Assembly: GCA_902786465.1 (NCBI GenBank)
Contig: CADACQ010000007.1
Coordinates: 20,600 to 84,599, forward strand
Origin: an uncultured Eubacteriales bacterium
GTDB lineage: Bacteria; Bacillota; Clostridia; Christensenellales; CAG-138
Length of the DNA stretch: 64,000 nt
Reading direction: 5' to 3'
How positions within the stretch are numbered: position 1 is the stretch's first letter; the number at the start of each line of letters is the position of its first letter. The translations under genes were made by a program, and so were the position numbers. This document shows, piece by piece, positions 27,399 to 36,624 of this stretch. The notes beneath the pieces are model-generated. The model saw only the letters and a list, made by a program, of their open reading frames with translations, was not told the DNA's origin and made no database searches.

Positions 27399-28168
27399 CA
27401 GCTCACCTCCCGGGGCACCAGCACAGGGCCCTGCTCCGTCTCCACCAGCTCGATCCGCCGGCCATAGAGCGCCTCCAAAAGGGCGGGGGTCAGCACCTCC
27501 CGGGGCGCGCCCAGGGCCAGCATCCGCCCCTCCTGCAGGGCCAGGGCCCGATCCGCGAACCACAGGGCGTGCTGGGGATCGTGGGTGGACAGGAGGACGG
27601 TGTACCCGTCCTTCGCCAGGTCCCGGGCGACGCCCAGCACGTGGAGCCGGTTCCCGTAGTCCAAACTGGCCGTGGGCTCGTCCATGAGCAAAATCTTCGC
27701 CTGCTGGGCGAGAGCTCGGGCGATGAACACCAGCTGCTGTTCCCCGCCGGACAGGTGGTCGAAGGGGCGCTCCGCAAGATGGGAGATGTTCACCCGTTCC
27801 ATGGCGTCCCGGGCCGCGGCCCGCTCCTTCTCCCCGGGCAGGTTGAAGGGGGAGAGGGTGTGGCTGGTGCCCATGAGCACCATATCGAAGGCGCTGTACC
27901 GGAAGGACAGGGGATGGGCCTGGGGGATGGCGGCCACCCGGTGGGCCCGCTCCCGGGGCGTGAGGGCGGCCAAATCGGCGCCGTCGGCGGCGATGCGGCC
28001 CGAGTATTTGCGCTCCTGGCCCATGACGCACTTGAAAAGGGTGGTCTTGCCCACACCGTTGGGGCCCAGGATGGCCAGCAGCTCTCCGGCTTCGGCGGTG
28101 AAGGTCAGCTCGTGGAGCACTGGGTGCTTCCCATAGCTGAAGCTCAGGTTTTCCACGGTCAAACTCAT
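27398..28168 (-). CDS. ABC transporter ATP-binding protein (FecE/BtuD-type)
   Basis: Start MSLTVENLSF (ATG 28168-28166). Walker A GPNGVGKTT, signature LSGGEQQ and Walker B ILLMDEP. Confidence 0.9.
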   Translation of the reverse strand: MSLTVENLSFSYGKHPVLHELTFTAEAGELLAILGPNGVGKTTLFKCVMGQERKYSGRIAADGADLAALTPRERAHRVAAIPQAHPLSFRYSAFDMVLMGTSHTLSPFNLPGEKERAAARDAMERVNISHLAERPFDHLSGGEQQLVFIARALAQQAKILLMDEPTASLDYGNRLHVLGVARDLAKDGYTVLLSTHDPQHALWFADRALALQEGRMLALGAPREVLTPALLEALYGRRIELVETEQGPVLVPREVS

Positions 28169-29199
28169 AGCTTTTCCTCCTTCCGCATGATGAGGTAAAG
28201 GAAGAAGGGCGCGCCCACCAGGGCGGTCAGAATGCCGATGGGGATCTCCACAGGCAGCAGGTTCCTTGACACGTCGTCCACCAGCAGCAGAAAGGCGGCC
28301 CCGCAGAGAAAGCTCCCGGGCATGAGATATCGGTGATCGCTCCCCAGGACCTTCCGGCACAGATGGGGCACCACCAGGCCCACCCAGCCGATCATGCCCG
28401 AGAAGGACACGCTGGCGGCGGTGACCAGGGTGGCAGAAAGGAGCAAAGCGAGGCGCACCCGGCCCGTGTTCACCCCCAGGGCCCGGGCTTCGCTGTCCCC
28501 CAGGCTCAGCAGGTTCAGCTGCCACCGGAGCAGGAACAGGGGCGCAAGGCCGATCGCCATGGGCAGAAAGGCCAGGGGGATGTCGGAAAGCCGGGTCCCG
28601 GACAGAGAGCCCATGAGCCAGTAGGTGATCTGGGGCAGCTGATTGGAGGGATCGGCTACCAACTTAATATAGGATGTACCGGCGTTGAACAGGGAGGAGA
28701 GCATGATGCCCGCCAGGATGAGGTTGATGAGCCTTGCCCCCGGCGCCCGCCGGGCTACCAGCATCACGAGACCCACGGAAAGAAGGCCGAAGCAGAAGGC
28801 GCTGACGGTGATCATCCGGGTGGACGCCCCCAGCAAAATGGCCAGGGCAGCCCCGAAGGCGGCGCCGCTGGAGGCCCCCAGGATGTCCGGGGAGGCCATG
28901 GGGTTGTGGAACACCCCCTGAAAGGCGGCCCCTGCCGCGGACAGGGAACAGCCCACCAGGCACGCCATCAGGATGCGGGGCAAGCGGATGTTCACCACGG
29001 CGATCTCCATCTGCTCCGTCCAGGTCCTTGGAAGGGCCCCGCGGCCCGTGAACAGCTCCAGGAACCGGGTCCACAGGATCTTTACCACCGTGAGGGGCGG
29101 CACTCCGTACCGTCCCAGGGAGAAGGAGACCAGAAAGAGGACGGCCAGCAGCAGTCCCAAAATGAGCAACGCCCGCCGGGCTTTTCGCTCGCTGTCCAT
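28165..29199 (-). CDS. FecCD/BtuC-family ABC permease
   Basis: 344 aa, polytopic, with RLPRILMA..VG..L..AG..FQ and GAPFFLYLI typical of FecCD permeases. Confidence 0.9.
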   Translation of the reverse strand: MDSERKARRALLILGLLLAVLFLVSFSLGRYGVPPLTVVKILWTRFLELFTGRGALPRTWTEQMEIAVVNIRLPRILMACLVGCSLSAAGAAFQGVFHNPMASPDILGASSGAAFGAALAILLGASTRMITVSAFCFGLLSVGLVMLVARRAPGARLINLILAGIMLSSLFNAGTSYIKLVADPSNQLPQITYWLMGSLSGTRLSDIPLAFLPMAIGLAPLFLLRWQLNLLSLGDSEARALGVNTGRVRLALLLSATLVTAASVSFSGMIGWVGLVVPHLCRKVLGSDHRYLMPGSFLCGAAFLLLVDDVSRNLLPVEIPIGILTALVGAPFFLYLIMRKEEKL

Positions 29200-29251
29200 G
29201 GCCGCACCTCCTTCCCACCGTTATTTTTACGTAAAGATAACGCTTGCCTAC

Positions 29252-29280
29252 AGTATACCGCCTTTTGCTCCCTTTGTCCA
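29252..29280 (-). promoter_or_regulatory. sigma-A-type promoter of the ABC operon
   Basis: Minus strand: TGGACA, 17-nt spacer, TATACT. Leaves a ~50-nt leader to ATG 29199. Confidence 0.5.
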
Positions 29281-29308
29281 GCCTTCCGGCCAAAAAGAGG
29301 GGAAGGTA

Positions 29309-29337
29309 TTGCCTGGGCCGCCGTTTCGTGGTATATA
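29309..29337 (+). promoter_or_regulatory. sigma-A-type promoter (extended -10)
   Basis: TTGCCT, 17-nt spacer ending in TGG, TATATA; 30 nt upstream of ATG 29367. Confidence 0.55.
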
Positions 29338-29366
29338 TCTTCCATACCGCCGAAAGGACGAACCCC

Positions 29367-30116
29367 ATGATCATCCATGAGTACGACCCCCATACCCAGC
29401 CCATGATCGACCTTGCGGCCTTCTACGGGCCGAAGAAGCGCCTGCTGGACAAGTGCCTGATCCTCTTTTCCAAGGAGATCCACGACTATCTTCTTGAGCG
29501 GTACGACTGCGCCGTGGTGGGCCACATCGGCGCCTGCAACGGCGTCACCCCCATCTACCGCTTCGACCTGGACGGAGAACCTGTGGCCTTCTACCTGTCG
29601 GCCATCGGTTCCGCCATCGCCTCCGGCAGCTGCTACGAGGTCCATTGGCAGACCGGGGCCACCAAGTTCCTCATGTTCGGCTCCTGCGGGAGCTTGGAGG
29701 GGGAGAGGACCCGGGGTAAGTATATCGTCCCCACCGAGGCCTACCGGGGCGAGGGCGCTTCCTACTACTACGCGCCGCCCGCCGACTACATTGCGATCAG
29801 GACCGCCGACAAGCTGGCCGCCATCCTGGACGCCCTGGGCGCGCCCTATGTGCAGGGCCGGGTCTGGACCACGGACTCCATGCTTCGGGAAACGGCGGGC
29901 CTGGTGCAGAGGCGCCGGGCCGAGGGGTGTCTTGCGGTGGAGATGGAGCTGGCCGGCGTGGAGGCCCTCTGCGACTTCTACGGCCTCACCCTCTATGACT
30001 TTCTGGAGGCAGGGGACGTGCTGGCGGAAAGCGGCTACGACACGGCGGGCCTCAAGAGCGCCAACCACCACCTGGGGAAGCTCCACCTGGGATTGGAGAT
30101 CCTCAAACGCATATAA
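29367..30116 (+). CDS. nucleoside phosphorylase family protein (PNP_UDP_1; uridine/purine nucleoside phosphorylase-like)
   Basis: Start MIIHEYDP behind AAAGGA. GSCGSL and AVEMELAG motifs of the PNP/UDP phosphorylase fold. Confidence 0.75.
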   Translation: MIIHEYDPHTQPMIDLAAFYGPKKRLLDKCLILFSKEIHDYLLERYDCAVVGHIGACNGVTPIYRFDLDGEPVAFYLSAIGSAIASGSCYEVHWQTGATKFLMFGSCGSLEGERTRGKYIVPTEAYRGEGASYYYAPPADYIAIRTADKLAAILDALGAPYVQGRVWTTDSMLRETAGLVQRRRAEGCLAVEMELAGVEALCDFYGLTLYDFLEAGDVLAESGYDTAGLKSANHHLGKLHLGLEILKRI

Positions 30117-30127
30117 AGGAGAAACCC

Positions 30128-30697
30128 ATGAAATCCACCTGGACCCTGCCCGAGGGCTACGGGCAAAAGTATCTCATCGATTTGAAGGACAACAAGAAAC
30201 AGTTCTGGATCGTCAACGGCCTCAGCATCCTCATCATGCTGGTCTTGGCGGCCCTGTTCTTCCAGCTCCTGTGGTACGGCTTCCTGGAGCTGCACTTCGA
30301 GGGGCTGCCCGTCCAGGCCCTGGTGATGCTGGTGGGCATGCTGGCCTACATCCCCCTCCACGAGCTGGTCCACGGCATCTGTATCCGCCGCTTCTCCGGC
30401 AAAAGGGCCAAGTACGGCTTCACCCTGGTCTACGCCTACGCCGGGAGCGACTGCTTTTTCAACAAGGGGGACTATCTTATCATCGCCGCCGCCCCGGTGG
30501 TGTTCTGGGGCGTCGTCTTCCTGCTCCTGCTGTTCCTGCTGCCCGTGAATTGGCGGTGGGTGCCCTACGTCTGGCAGCTCTTCAACCTCTCCGGCGCGGC
30601 AGGGGACTTCTATGTGTTCCATCGCCTCCACAGGGAGCCCGATACCATCCTCTGCCAGGACACGGGCGTGAAGATGGCCGTCTTCGACAAGGCGTAA
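30128..30697 (+). CDS. DUF3267-type membrane protein (putative zincin, HExxH)
   Basis: 189 aa with 3-4 hydrophobic helices and the HELVH motif at the end of helix 2. Confidence 0.65.
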   Translation: MKSTWTLPEGYGQKYLIDLKDNKKQFWIVNGLSILIMLVLAALFFQLLWYGFLELHFEGLPVQALVMLVGMLAYIPLHELVHGICIRRFSGKRAKYGFTLVYAYAGSDCFFNKGDYLIIAAAPVVFWGVVFLLLLFLLPVNWRWVPYVWQLFNLSGAAGDFYVFHRLHREPDTILCQDTGVKMAVFDKA

Positions 30698-30752
30698 CAA
30701 AAGACCGTTTCGTTTTCAAAACAGCCGAAAAGTGTATATTCTCTCCGGCAAA

Positions 30753-30781
30753 TTGACTTGCCCCCGGGAGAATGGTAGTAT
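30753..30781 (+). promoter_or_regulatory. sigma-A-type promoter of hutH
   Basis: TTGACT, 17-nt spacer ending in TGG, TAGTAT. Confidence 0.55.
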
Positions 30782-30821
30782 GGACGGTAGAGAAAACAGA
30801 GTTTTTGGAGGTATGCTTGCC

Positions 30822-32372
30822 ATGGATGCGGACCATTCCCTTGCCCCGGTCGTTCTGGATGGAGAGAGCCTGACCATCGAGAAGGTGGTGAGCGTAGCTC
30901 GATACAACGCCCCCGTGGCGCTCAGCGAAAGCTGCTATGAGGGCATCGACCGGGCCAGGGCCCTGGTGGAAAAGATCCTGCGGGAGGACCGCCGGGTCTA
31001 CGGCATCTCCACGGGCTTCGGTGAATTCTCCAAGGTGAACGTGGGCCACGAGCAGAGCGCCCAGCTCCAGGAGAACCTGATCTTGAGCCATTGCGTGGCC
31101 GTGGGCACGCCGCTGGCCCAGGAGGTGGTCCGAGCCATGATGCTCCTTCGGGCCAACGCTCTCGTAAAGGGCAACTCCGGCATCCGGCGGGAGCTCATCG
31201 AGTGCCTCATCGCCATGCTCAACAAGGGCGTCACCCCCGTGGTGCCCCGGCAGGGGTCCCTGGGGGCTTCCGGTGACCTCGCGCCCCTGGCCCACATGGC
31301 ATTGGTGCTCCTGGGGCGGGGCGAAGCCTGGTACGAAGGGGAGCGTCTCCCCGGGGCCGAGGCCATGGCTCGGGCCGGCATCCCCACCTATCATCTGGTG
31401 GCCAAGGAGGGCCTGGCCCTCATCAACGGCACCCAGTGCATGACCGCCCTGGGCGCCCTGGCCTGGTACGACCTCGACCGCGGCGCGAAGCTTGCAGACA
31501 TCACCGCCTCCATGACCATGGAAGCCCTGACCGCCCTCACCTCCGCCTTCGATCCCCGCATCCACGCCCTGCGCCCCCAGCGGGGCCAGAGCCAGGTGGC
31601 CAAAAACATCCGCCTGCTCATGGAGAACAGCCCCACGGCCGAGGCCTCCCGTGACCTCAGGGTCCAGGACGCCTACGCCATCCGCTGCATCCCCCAGGTC
31701 CACGGGGCCGTCCGGGATTCCATCGCCTACGTGAAGGGCGTGCTGGAGATCGAGATGAACTCCGTCACCGACAACCCCATCCTCTTCCCCGAGGACGAGT
31801 CCGTCATCTCCGGCGGCAACTTCCACGGGGAGCCCGTGGCGTTGGTCATGGACTTCCTGGGCATCGCCGCGGCGGAGCTCTGCTCCATCAGCGAGCGGCG
31901 ACTGGAGCGCATGGTGAACCCCGCCCTCTCCAACGGCCTGCCCGCCTTTTTGACCCCCCACGGAGGCCTCAACTCCGGCTACATGATCTGTCAGTATTCG
32001 GCGGCCTCCATCGTGTCCGAGAACAAGGTCCACGCCCATCCCGCCTGCGTGGACAGCATCCCCTCCTCCGCCAACCAGGAGGACCATGTGAGCATGGGCA
32101 CCACCGCCGCGAGAAAGTGCCGGACCATCGTGAAGAACCTCTATTCCGTCCTGGCCTTCGAGCTCATGGCGGCGGTCCAGGGCATCGACCTTCGGGGCAT
32201 CCAGGACAAGCTCTCCCCGGTCCACAGGGAGATCTACGACCTGGTCCGGGCGGTGGTCCCCTTCTGCGAGGACGATCACGAGCTTCGCCTGGACGTTTCC
32301 GCCATGAACGAGCTCATCCGCTCCGGGAAGATCGAATCCCTGGCGGCCCGGATGCTGCCCGACTTCCACTGA
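30822..32372 (+). CDS. hutH: histidine ammonia-lyase
   Basis: Start MDADHS, 10 nt after GGAGG. MIO-forming GSLGASGDLAPLAH, and the LILSHC Ser-His pair typical of HAL rather than PAL/TAL. Confidence 0.9.
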   Translation: MDADHSLAPVVLDGESLTIEKVVSVARYNAPVALSESCYEGIDRARALVEKILREDRRVYGISTGFGEFSKVNVGHEQSAQLQENLILSHCVAVGTPLAQEVVRAMMLLRANALVKGNSGIRRELIECLIAMLNKGVTPVVPRQGSLGASGDLAPLAHMALVLLGRGEAWYEGERLPGAEAMARAGIPTYHLVAKEGLALINGTQCMTALGALAWYDLDRGAKLADITASMTMEALTALTSAFDPRIHALRPQRGQSQVAKNIRLLMENSPTAEASRDLRVQDAYAIRCIPQVHGAVRDSIAYVKGVLEIEMNSVTDNPILFPEDESVISGGNFHGEPVALVMDFLGIAAAELCSISERRLERMVNPALSNGLPAFLTPHGGLNSGYMICQYSAASIVSENKVHAHPACVDSIPSSANQEDHVSMGTTAARKCRTIVKNLYSVLAFELMAAVQGIDLRGIQDKLSPVHREIYDLVRAVVPFCEDDHELRLDVSAMNELIRSGKIESLAARMLPDFH

Positions 32373-32390
32373 GCATACTCACGCTTTCCA

Positions 32391-32414
32391 AAGCCCGGTC
32401 CGCCGGGCTTTTTG
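32391..32414 (+). terminator. intrinsic terminator
   Basis: AAGCCCGG tccg CCGGGCTT followed by TTTT. Confidence 0.8.
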
Positions 32415-32470
32415 CATATCCTGACGCCTTCCCGCGTATTTTGGAACAAAACGCGATCAGGAGGCGATCT

Positions 32471-33145
32471 ATGGATTTCAGCGAGATGAAGGTGACCGAA
32501 CGGCAGCAGAACGCGGGCCCCTGCGGCCGGTTCACGGTGCAGGAGCCGGAACGGAAGGTGACCGTGCGCTCGGGGAGCATGATGGCGAAGGTCAGCCTGT
32601 GCCTGGGGGTGCTGCTCATCGCCCTGGTGCTGGAGCTGGGCGGCACGGCCAAGGACCGGCAGCGGCAGGTCTTCGCGGAAGGGGATAAGCGGCCGGAGGC
32701 CACCGCCCGGGCGGAGAATCTGGGGGCCATCTACTACGTGGAGACCGACGCCGCCCCCACCGCCCCCGGCGCGGGGGCCGATGTGAAGCGGGTCAAGTGG
32801 GCCCCGCCGGTGCGGTCCGACGAGGTGACCCTCCTTCGGGAGGACAGCGTGGTGGGCTTCTCGGCCCTGGACACCCAAGTGAGCTGCTGCTGCGGGGGCC
32901 GGGTCTTCGCCGTGGGCGAGGACGAGGACTGGGGCAAGTACGTGCGGGTCCGGTCCGCCGGGGACGTGGACGCGGTGTACTACGGCTTCGAAGAGGTGAG
33001 CGTCCGGGCCGGACAGACCGTGAATGCGGGCCAGCTCCTGGGCACCGTGCCCCTGGGGCGGCGGGTGTATCTCTCCGTGTCCGAGAAGGGCGCGCCCCAG
33101 GACCCCCGCGCCTACGTGTCGCTGACGGTCCAGAAGCAGGCATGA
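32471..33145 (+). CDS. spoIVFA: SpoIVFA-like membrane protein with degenerate M23/LytM domain
   Basis: Start MDFSEMKV, one TM helix, and a C-terminal LytM-like segment GRVFAVGEDEDWGKYVRVRS...VRAGQTVNAGQLLG. ATGA overlap with spoIVFB. Confidence 0.6.
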   Translation: MDFSEMKVTERQQNAGPCGRFTVQEPERKVTVRSGSMMAKVSLCLGVLLIALVLELGGTAKDRQRQVFAEGDKRPEATARAENLGAIYYVETDAAPTAPGAGADVKRVKWAPPVRSDEVTLLREDSVVGFSALDTQVSCCCGGRVFAVGEDEDWGKYVRVRSAGDVDAVYYGFEEVSVRAGQTVNAGQLLGTVPLGRRVYLSVSEKGAPQDPRAYVSLTVQKQA

Positions 33146-34020
33146 AGCGGCTCTTGGAGCTGGGCGAGACGGAGGTGTGGGCCCACTGGACGCTGCTCCC
33201 CGCCGCCCTGCTCCTGGTGGTGGCGGAGGGGCCCCGGCGGGCGGGCCTGGGGCTGCTGGCCCTGCTTCTCCACGAGACGGGGCATCTGTTGACCGCCCGG
33301 GGGCTTGGCTACCGGGTCCGGTCGTTGGAGCTGTGGCCCTTCGGAGCGGCCCTGAGCATGGATTTGAACACAGGGAGCCGGGGCGCCCTGCCCGTGGCCC
33401 TGGCGGGGCCCCTGTGCAACCTGGCGGCGGCGGCCATGAGCCTGCTGCTGTTGCGGCTCCTGCCCCGGACGGAGGGGGTCATGGAGCCCTTCTTTTGTAT
33501 GAACCTGTCCCTGGCGGCGGTGAACCTGCTGCCGGCGGAGCCCCTGGACGGGGGCCGGGCCCTGGCGTCCCTGCTCTCCCGGCCCCTGGGCGTCCGCCGG
33601 GCCCGGCGGCTCACGGCCTGGACGGGCCTCCTGCTGGGCGGGGCCCTATTCAGCCTGGGGGTCTACGGGGCCATCCTGGGCGTGGGCAGCGAAAGGGCCC
33701 TGCTGTTCGCCGCCTTTTTGCTCCTCTCCGGCGTCCGCACCATCCGGGGGGAGGATAGGGCCCTGGAGGGCCTGCTGGATCGGCAGGCGTCCCTTCGGGC
33801 GGGGCGGCCCGTGGAGGTCCGGGAGGCGGCCCTTATGGCGGATCGGACCGCCGGGGAGGCTTTGCGGGCCCTGCGCCGGGGCCGGTACACCCTGATCCGG
33901 GTGGTGGATCGGAACGATCGGCTGCTGGGCACCCTGGACGAGGGGGCCCTGCTTCGGGGGCTCATGGACCGGGGCGAAAAAATCACCCTGGGGGAGCTGT
34001 TTTTCCTGTTTGACCGGTGA
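33142..34020 (+). CDS. spoIVFB: site-2 (M50) intramembrane metalloprotease SpoIVFB with CBS domain
   Basis: HETGH (HExxH) in a TM helix, NLLPAEPLDGG, and a C-terminal CBS-like domain. Confidence 0.85.
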   Translation: MKRLLELGETEVWAHWTLLPAALLLVVAEGPRRAGLGLLALLLHETGHLLTARGLGYRVRSLELWPFGAALSMDLNTGSRGALPVALAGPLCNLAAAAMSLLLLRLLPRTEGVMEPFFCMNLSLAAVNLLPAEPLDGGRALASLLSRPLGVRRARRLTAWTGLLLGGALFSLGVYGAILGVGSERALLFAAFLLLSGVRTIRGEDRALEGLLDRQASLRAGRPVEVREAALMADRTAGEALRALRRGRYTLIRVVDRNDRLLGTLDEGALLRGLMDRGEKITLGELFFLFDR

Positions 34021-34038
34021 AAGGTTTTGTGGTATAGT
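34010..34038 (+). promoter_or_regulatory. sigma-A-type promoter (extended -10)
   Basis: TTGACC, 17-nt spacer ending in TGG, TATAGT. The -35 element lies in the last codons of spoIVFB. Confidence 0.55.
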
Positions 34039-34115
34039 ACATTAGTTAGACTGCGTTTTTATGTGCATAGGCCTGAAAACGCCGTAGTTTGGGCAATACT
34101 GTAGGCAGGAAAGGC

Positions 34116-35951
34116 ATGACGGAAGAAGTTTTCAACAGGCTCCTCGATCGGGTGGAGAAGCCCGCCCGGTATATCGGCGGCGAATACAACATGCAGGTGA
34201 AGGACCAGGCGGACCTTCGCTTCGCCCTCTGTTTCCCCGACGTGTACGAGATCGGCATGTCCCACCTGGGCTCCCGCATCCTCTACCATGTGCTCAACGC
34301 CATGGACGGCGTCCGCTGCGAGCGCTGCTTCGCCCCCTGGACGGACATGGAGCAGGCCCTCAGGGAGGCGGGGGAGGAGCTCTTCACCCTGGAGACCCGG
34401 AGCCCCCTCAAGAGCTTTGATATTGTGGGCTTTTCCCTGCTGTACGAGATGTGCTACAGCAACATCCTGACCATGCTGGCTCTCTCCCACATCCCCTTCC
34501 TGAGCCGGGATCGGGGGGAGGACATGCCCCTTCTCGTGGCGGGCGGCCCTTGCGCCGTGAACCCGGAGCCCATCGCCCCATTCTTCGACGCCGTGGTCAT
34601 CGGCGACGGGGAGGAGGCGGAGCCGGAGCTGGTGAACGCCTATCGGGCCTGGCGCGCAGCGGGGGAGACCAAGCAGCAGCTGTTGGAACGGCTGGCCGCC
34701 ATCCCCGGGGTCTACGTGCCCAGCTTCTACGAGGCGGCGTACGACGAGAACGGCTTTACGGCCATCCGTCGCCTCACGGACAAGGCCCCCGAGAAGGTGA
34801 CGCGCCGCATCCTCGAGGACCTGGACGCTGCGCCCTTCGTAGGAGACCAGCTGGTGCCCCACATGCAGATCGTCCACGACCGGGTGGCGTTGGAGGTCAT
34901 GCGGGGCTGCACCCGGGGCTGCCGGTTTTGCCAGGCCGGGTACATCTACCGGCCCGTGCGGGAACGGTCGGAGAAGACCCTGCTTGAGCAGGCGGAGCGG
35001 CTGGTGTCCTGCACCGGGTACGACGAGATCTCCCTCCTCAGCCTGTCTACCGGGGACTATTCCCATCTCCACGACCTGCTCCCCGAGATCATGGACCGGA
35101 TGGAGAAGAAACGGGTGTCCGTGGCCTTGCCCAGTTTGCGCATCGACTCCCTCCTGAAGGAGGAATTGGAGAAGATGCAGTCCGTCCGCAAGGCGGGATT
35201 GACCTTCGCCCCCGAGGCGGGGACCCAGCGCATGCGGGACGTGATCAACAAGAACGTGACCGAGGAGGACCTCTTGCGGGCCTGCTCCGACGCCTTCGAG
35301 TCCGGCTGGACCGGGGTGAAGCTGTACTTCATGATCGGCCTGCCCACGGAGACGGACGAGGACGTGCTGGGCATCGCGGAGCTGGCGAAGAAGGTGTCCC
35401 GCCTGTTCTACGCCATGCCCAAGGAGAAGCGGGGCAAGGGGCTGCGCCTGACGGTCAGCGTGTCCACCTTCGTGCCCAAGCCTCACACCGCTTTCCAGTG
35501 GTGCGCCCAGAACGATCCGGAGGAGATCCGGCGGAAACAGCGGCTCCTGGTGGGCGCCATGAAGGGCGTCCGGGGCGGGGAGCTCCACTACCACCCCAGC
35601 TTTCTGTCCGTCCTGGAGGCCGCCTTCTCCCGGGGGGACCGGCGGTTGGGGGACGTGCTGCTGCGCGCCTACGAGAAGGGCTGCCGCTTCGATTCCTGGA
35701 GCGAGCATTTCAAGCCCGACGCCTGGCAGGAGGCCTTCCATGAGTGCGGCCTCACGGTGGAGGAATACGCCCACCGGCAGCGGGCGTTGGACGAGCCCTT
35801 GCCCTGGGGCCACGTGGACGTGGTGGTCACAGAGGACTATTTGAAACGGGAGTACGAGAAGGCCATGGAAGCGGTCACCACCAAGGACTGCCGCCAGGGC
35901 TGCAACGGATGCTTTGGGAGGGCCTATGCGGATCATCGCTGCTTTGCATGA
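34116..35951 (+). CDS. radical SAM protein (TIGR03960-type, B12-binding-like N-domain)
   Basis: Start MTEEVFNRLL. KPARYIGGEYN near the N-terminus and the CTRGCRFCQAG CxxxCxxC cluster. Confidence 0.85.
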   Translation: MTEEVFNRLLDRVEKPARYIGGEYNMQVKDQADLRFALCFPDVYEIGMSHLGSRILYHVLNAMDGVRCERCFAPWTDMEQALREAGEELFTLETRSPLKSFDIVGFSLLYEMCYSNILTMLALSHIPFLSRDRGEDMPLLVAGGPCAVNPEPIAPFFDAVVIGDGEEAEPELVNAYRAWRAAGETKQQLLERLAAIPGVYVPSFYEAAYDENGFTAIRRLTDKAPEKVTRRILEDLDAAPFVGDQLVPHMQIVHDRVALEVMRGCTRGCRFCQAGYIYRPVRERSEKTLLEQAERLVSCTGYDEISLLSLSTGDYSHLHDLLPEIMDRMEKKRVSVALPSLRIDSLLKEELEKMQSVRKAGLTFAPEAGTQRMRDVINKNVTEEDLLRACSDAFESGWTGVKLYFMIGLPTETDEDVLGIAELAKKVSRLFYAMPKEKRGKGLRLTVSVSTFVPKPHTAFQWCAQNDPEEIRRKQRLLVGAMKGVRGGELHYHPSFLSVLEAAFSRGDRRLGDVLLRAYEKGCRFDSWSEHFKPDAWQEAFHECGLTVEEYAHRQRALDEPLPWGHVDVVVTEDYLKREYEKAMEAVTTKDCRQGCNGCFGRAYADHRCFA

Positions 35952-36624
35952 GACGGGTCGGGCGGCGTATCTATCGCACCTCGACATGCAGCGGACGCTC
36001 CAGCGGGCGCTCCGCCGGGCGGACATGCCCCTCCAATACTCCCAGGGCTTCAACCCCCACCCCCTCATGGCCTTTGCGGGGGCGTTGAGCACGGGGTTCG
36101 AAAGCCAGCGGGAGTGGTTCGACGTGCGCCTGGAGGGGGAGATCGCCCCCGGGGATTTCGAGGCGCGGTTGAACGCGGTGCTCCCCGAGGGCATGGCCGT
36201 GTCCCATGCCGTGGAGGCCCCGGAGGGCCTCTCCACCCTGACCGGGCATCTTGCCGCCGCCCGGTACACCCTGTGGGTCCGGCCCGAGAAGGCCGTCAAG
36301 GCGGCAGAGGTGAACAGCGCCCTCAACCAACTGCTGGAACGGGAAGAAATTATGGTACGGAAGCGGACGAAGAGCGGGGCCATGGTGCCCCAGAACATCC
36401 GTCCGCAGCTCTACGAAGCAAGGCTCACGGGAAAGGACGGCGGATCCTTCACGCTGGATGTTTTGGGAGAGCTGACCGCCGGTGGCGGGTTGCGCACGGA
36501 AGCGTTCGTCAACGTGCTGCTCGATTTTCTGGGGTCAGCGGGCTCTTTCAGATGCCGGCGGGAGGAGATGTACTTCGACGAAGTGCCGGGGCTCCCCAGC
36601 CTTGGGAAAGGAAAACATGAATAA
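35926..36624 (+). CDS. radical-SAM-associated protein (DUF2344 / TIGR03936-type)
   Basis: MRIIAALHETGRAAYLSHLDMQRTLQRALRRADMPLQYSQGFNPHP. Overlaps the radical SAM gene by 26 nt. Confidence 0.8.
   Translation: MRIIAALHETGRAAYLSHLDMQRTLQRALRRADMPLQYSQGFNPHPLMAFAGALSTGFESQREWFDVRLEGEIAPGDFEARLNAVLPEGMAVSHAVEAPEGLSTLTGHLAAARYTLWVRPEKAVKAAEVNSALNQLLEREEIMVRKRTKSGAMVPQNIRPQLYEARLTGKDGGSFTLDVLGELTAGGGLRTEAFVNVLLDFLGSAGSFRCRREEMYFDEVPGLPSLGKGKHE

Noticed and set aside
29200-29300. Possible cobalamin riboswitch upstream of the BtuCD/FecCD-type operon
   Set aside because: The promoter-to-ATG distance is only about 50 nt with one small hairpin. That is too short for a cobalamin riboswitch, and I found no B12-box-like GCCACTG core.
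30822-32372. Whether the isolated MIO lyase is a phenylalanine/tyrosine ammonia-lyase or aminomutase from a secondary-metabolite pathway rather than HutH
   Set aside because: The selectivity position reads LILSHC (a Ser-His pair, as in histidine ammonia-lyases). Size and motifs fit HAL. It has its own promoter and terminator and no biosynthetic neighbours. The absence of hutU/hutI nearby is noted but not unusual.
34059-36398. 779-aa minus-strand ORF; similar cases at 36548..38194 and 42546..44366
   Set aside because: These are antisense to the radical SAM/DUF2344, RNase G and GH2 genes respectively, all of which carry diagnostic motifs. None of the antisense translations does.
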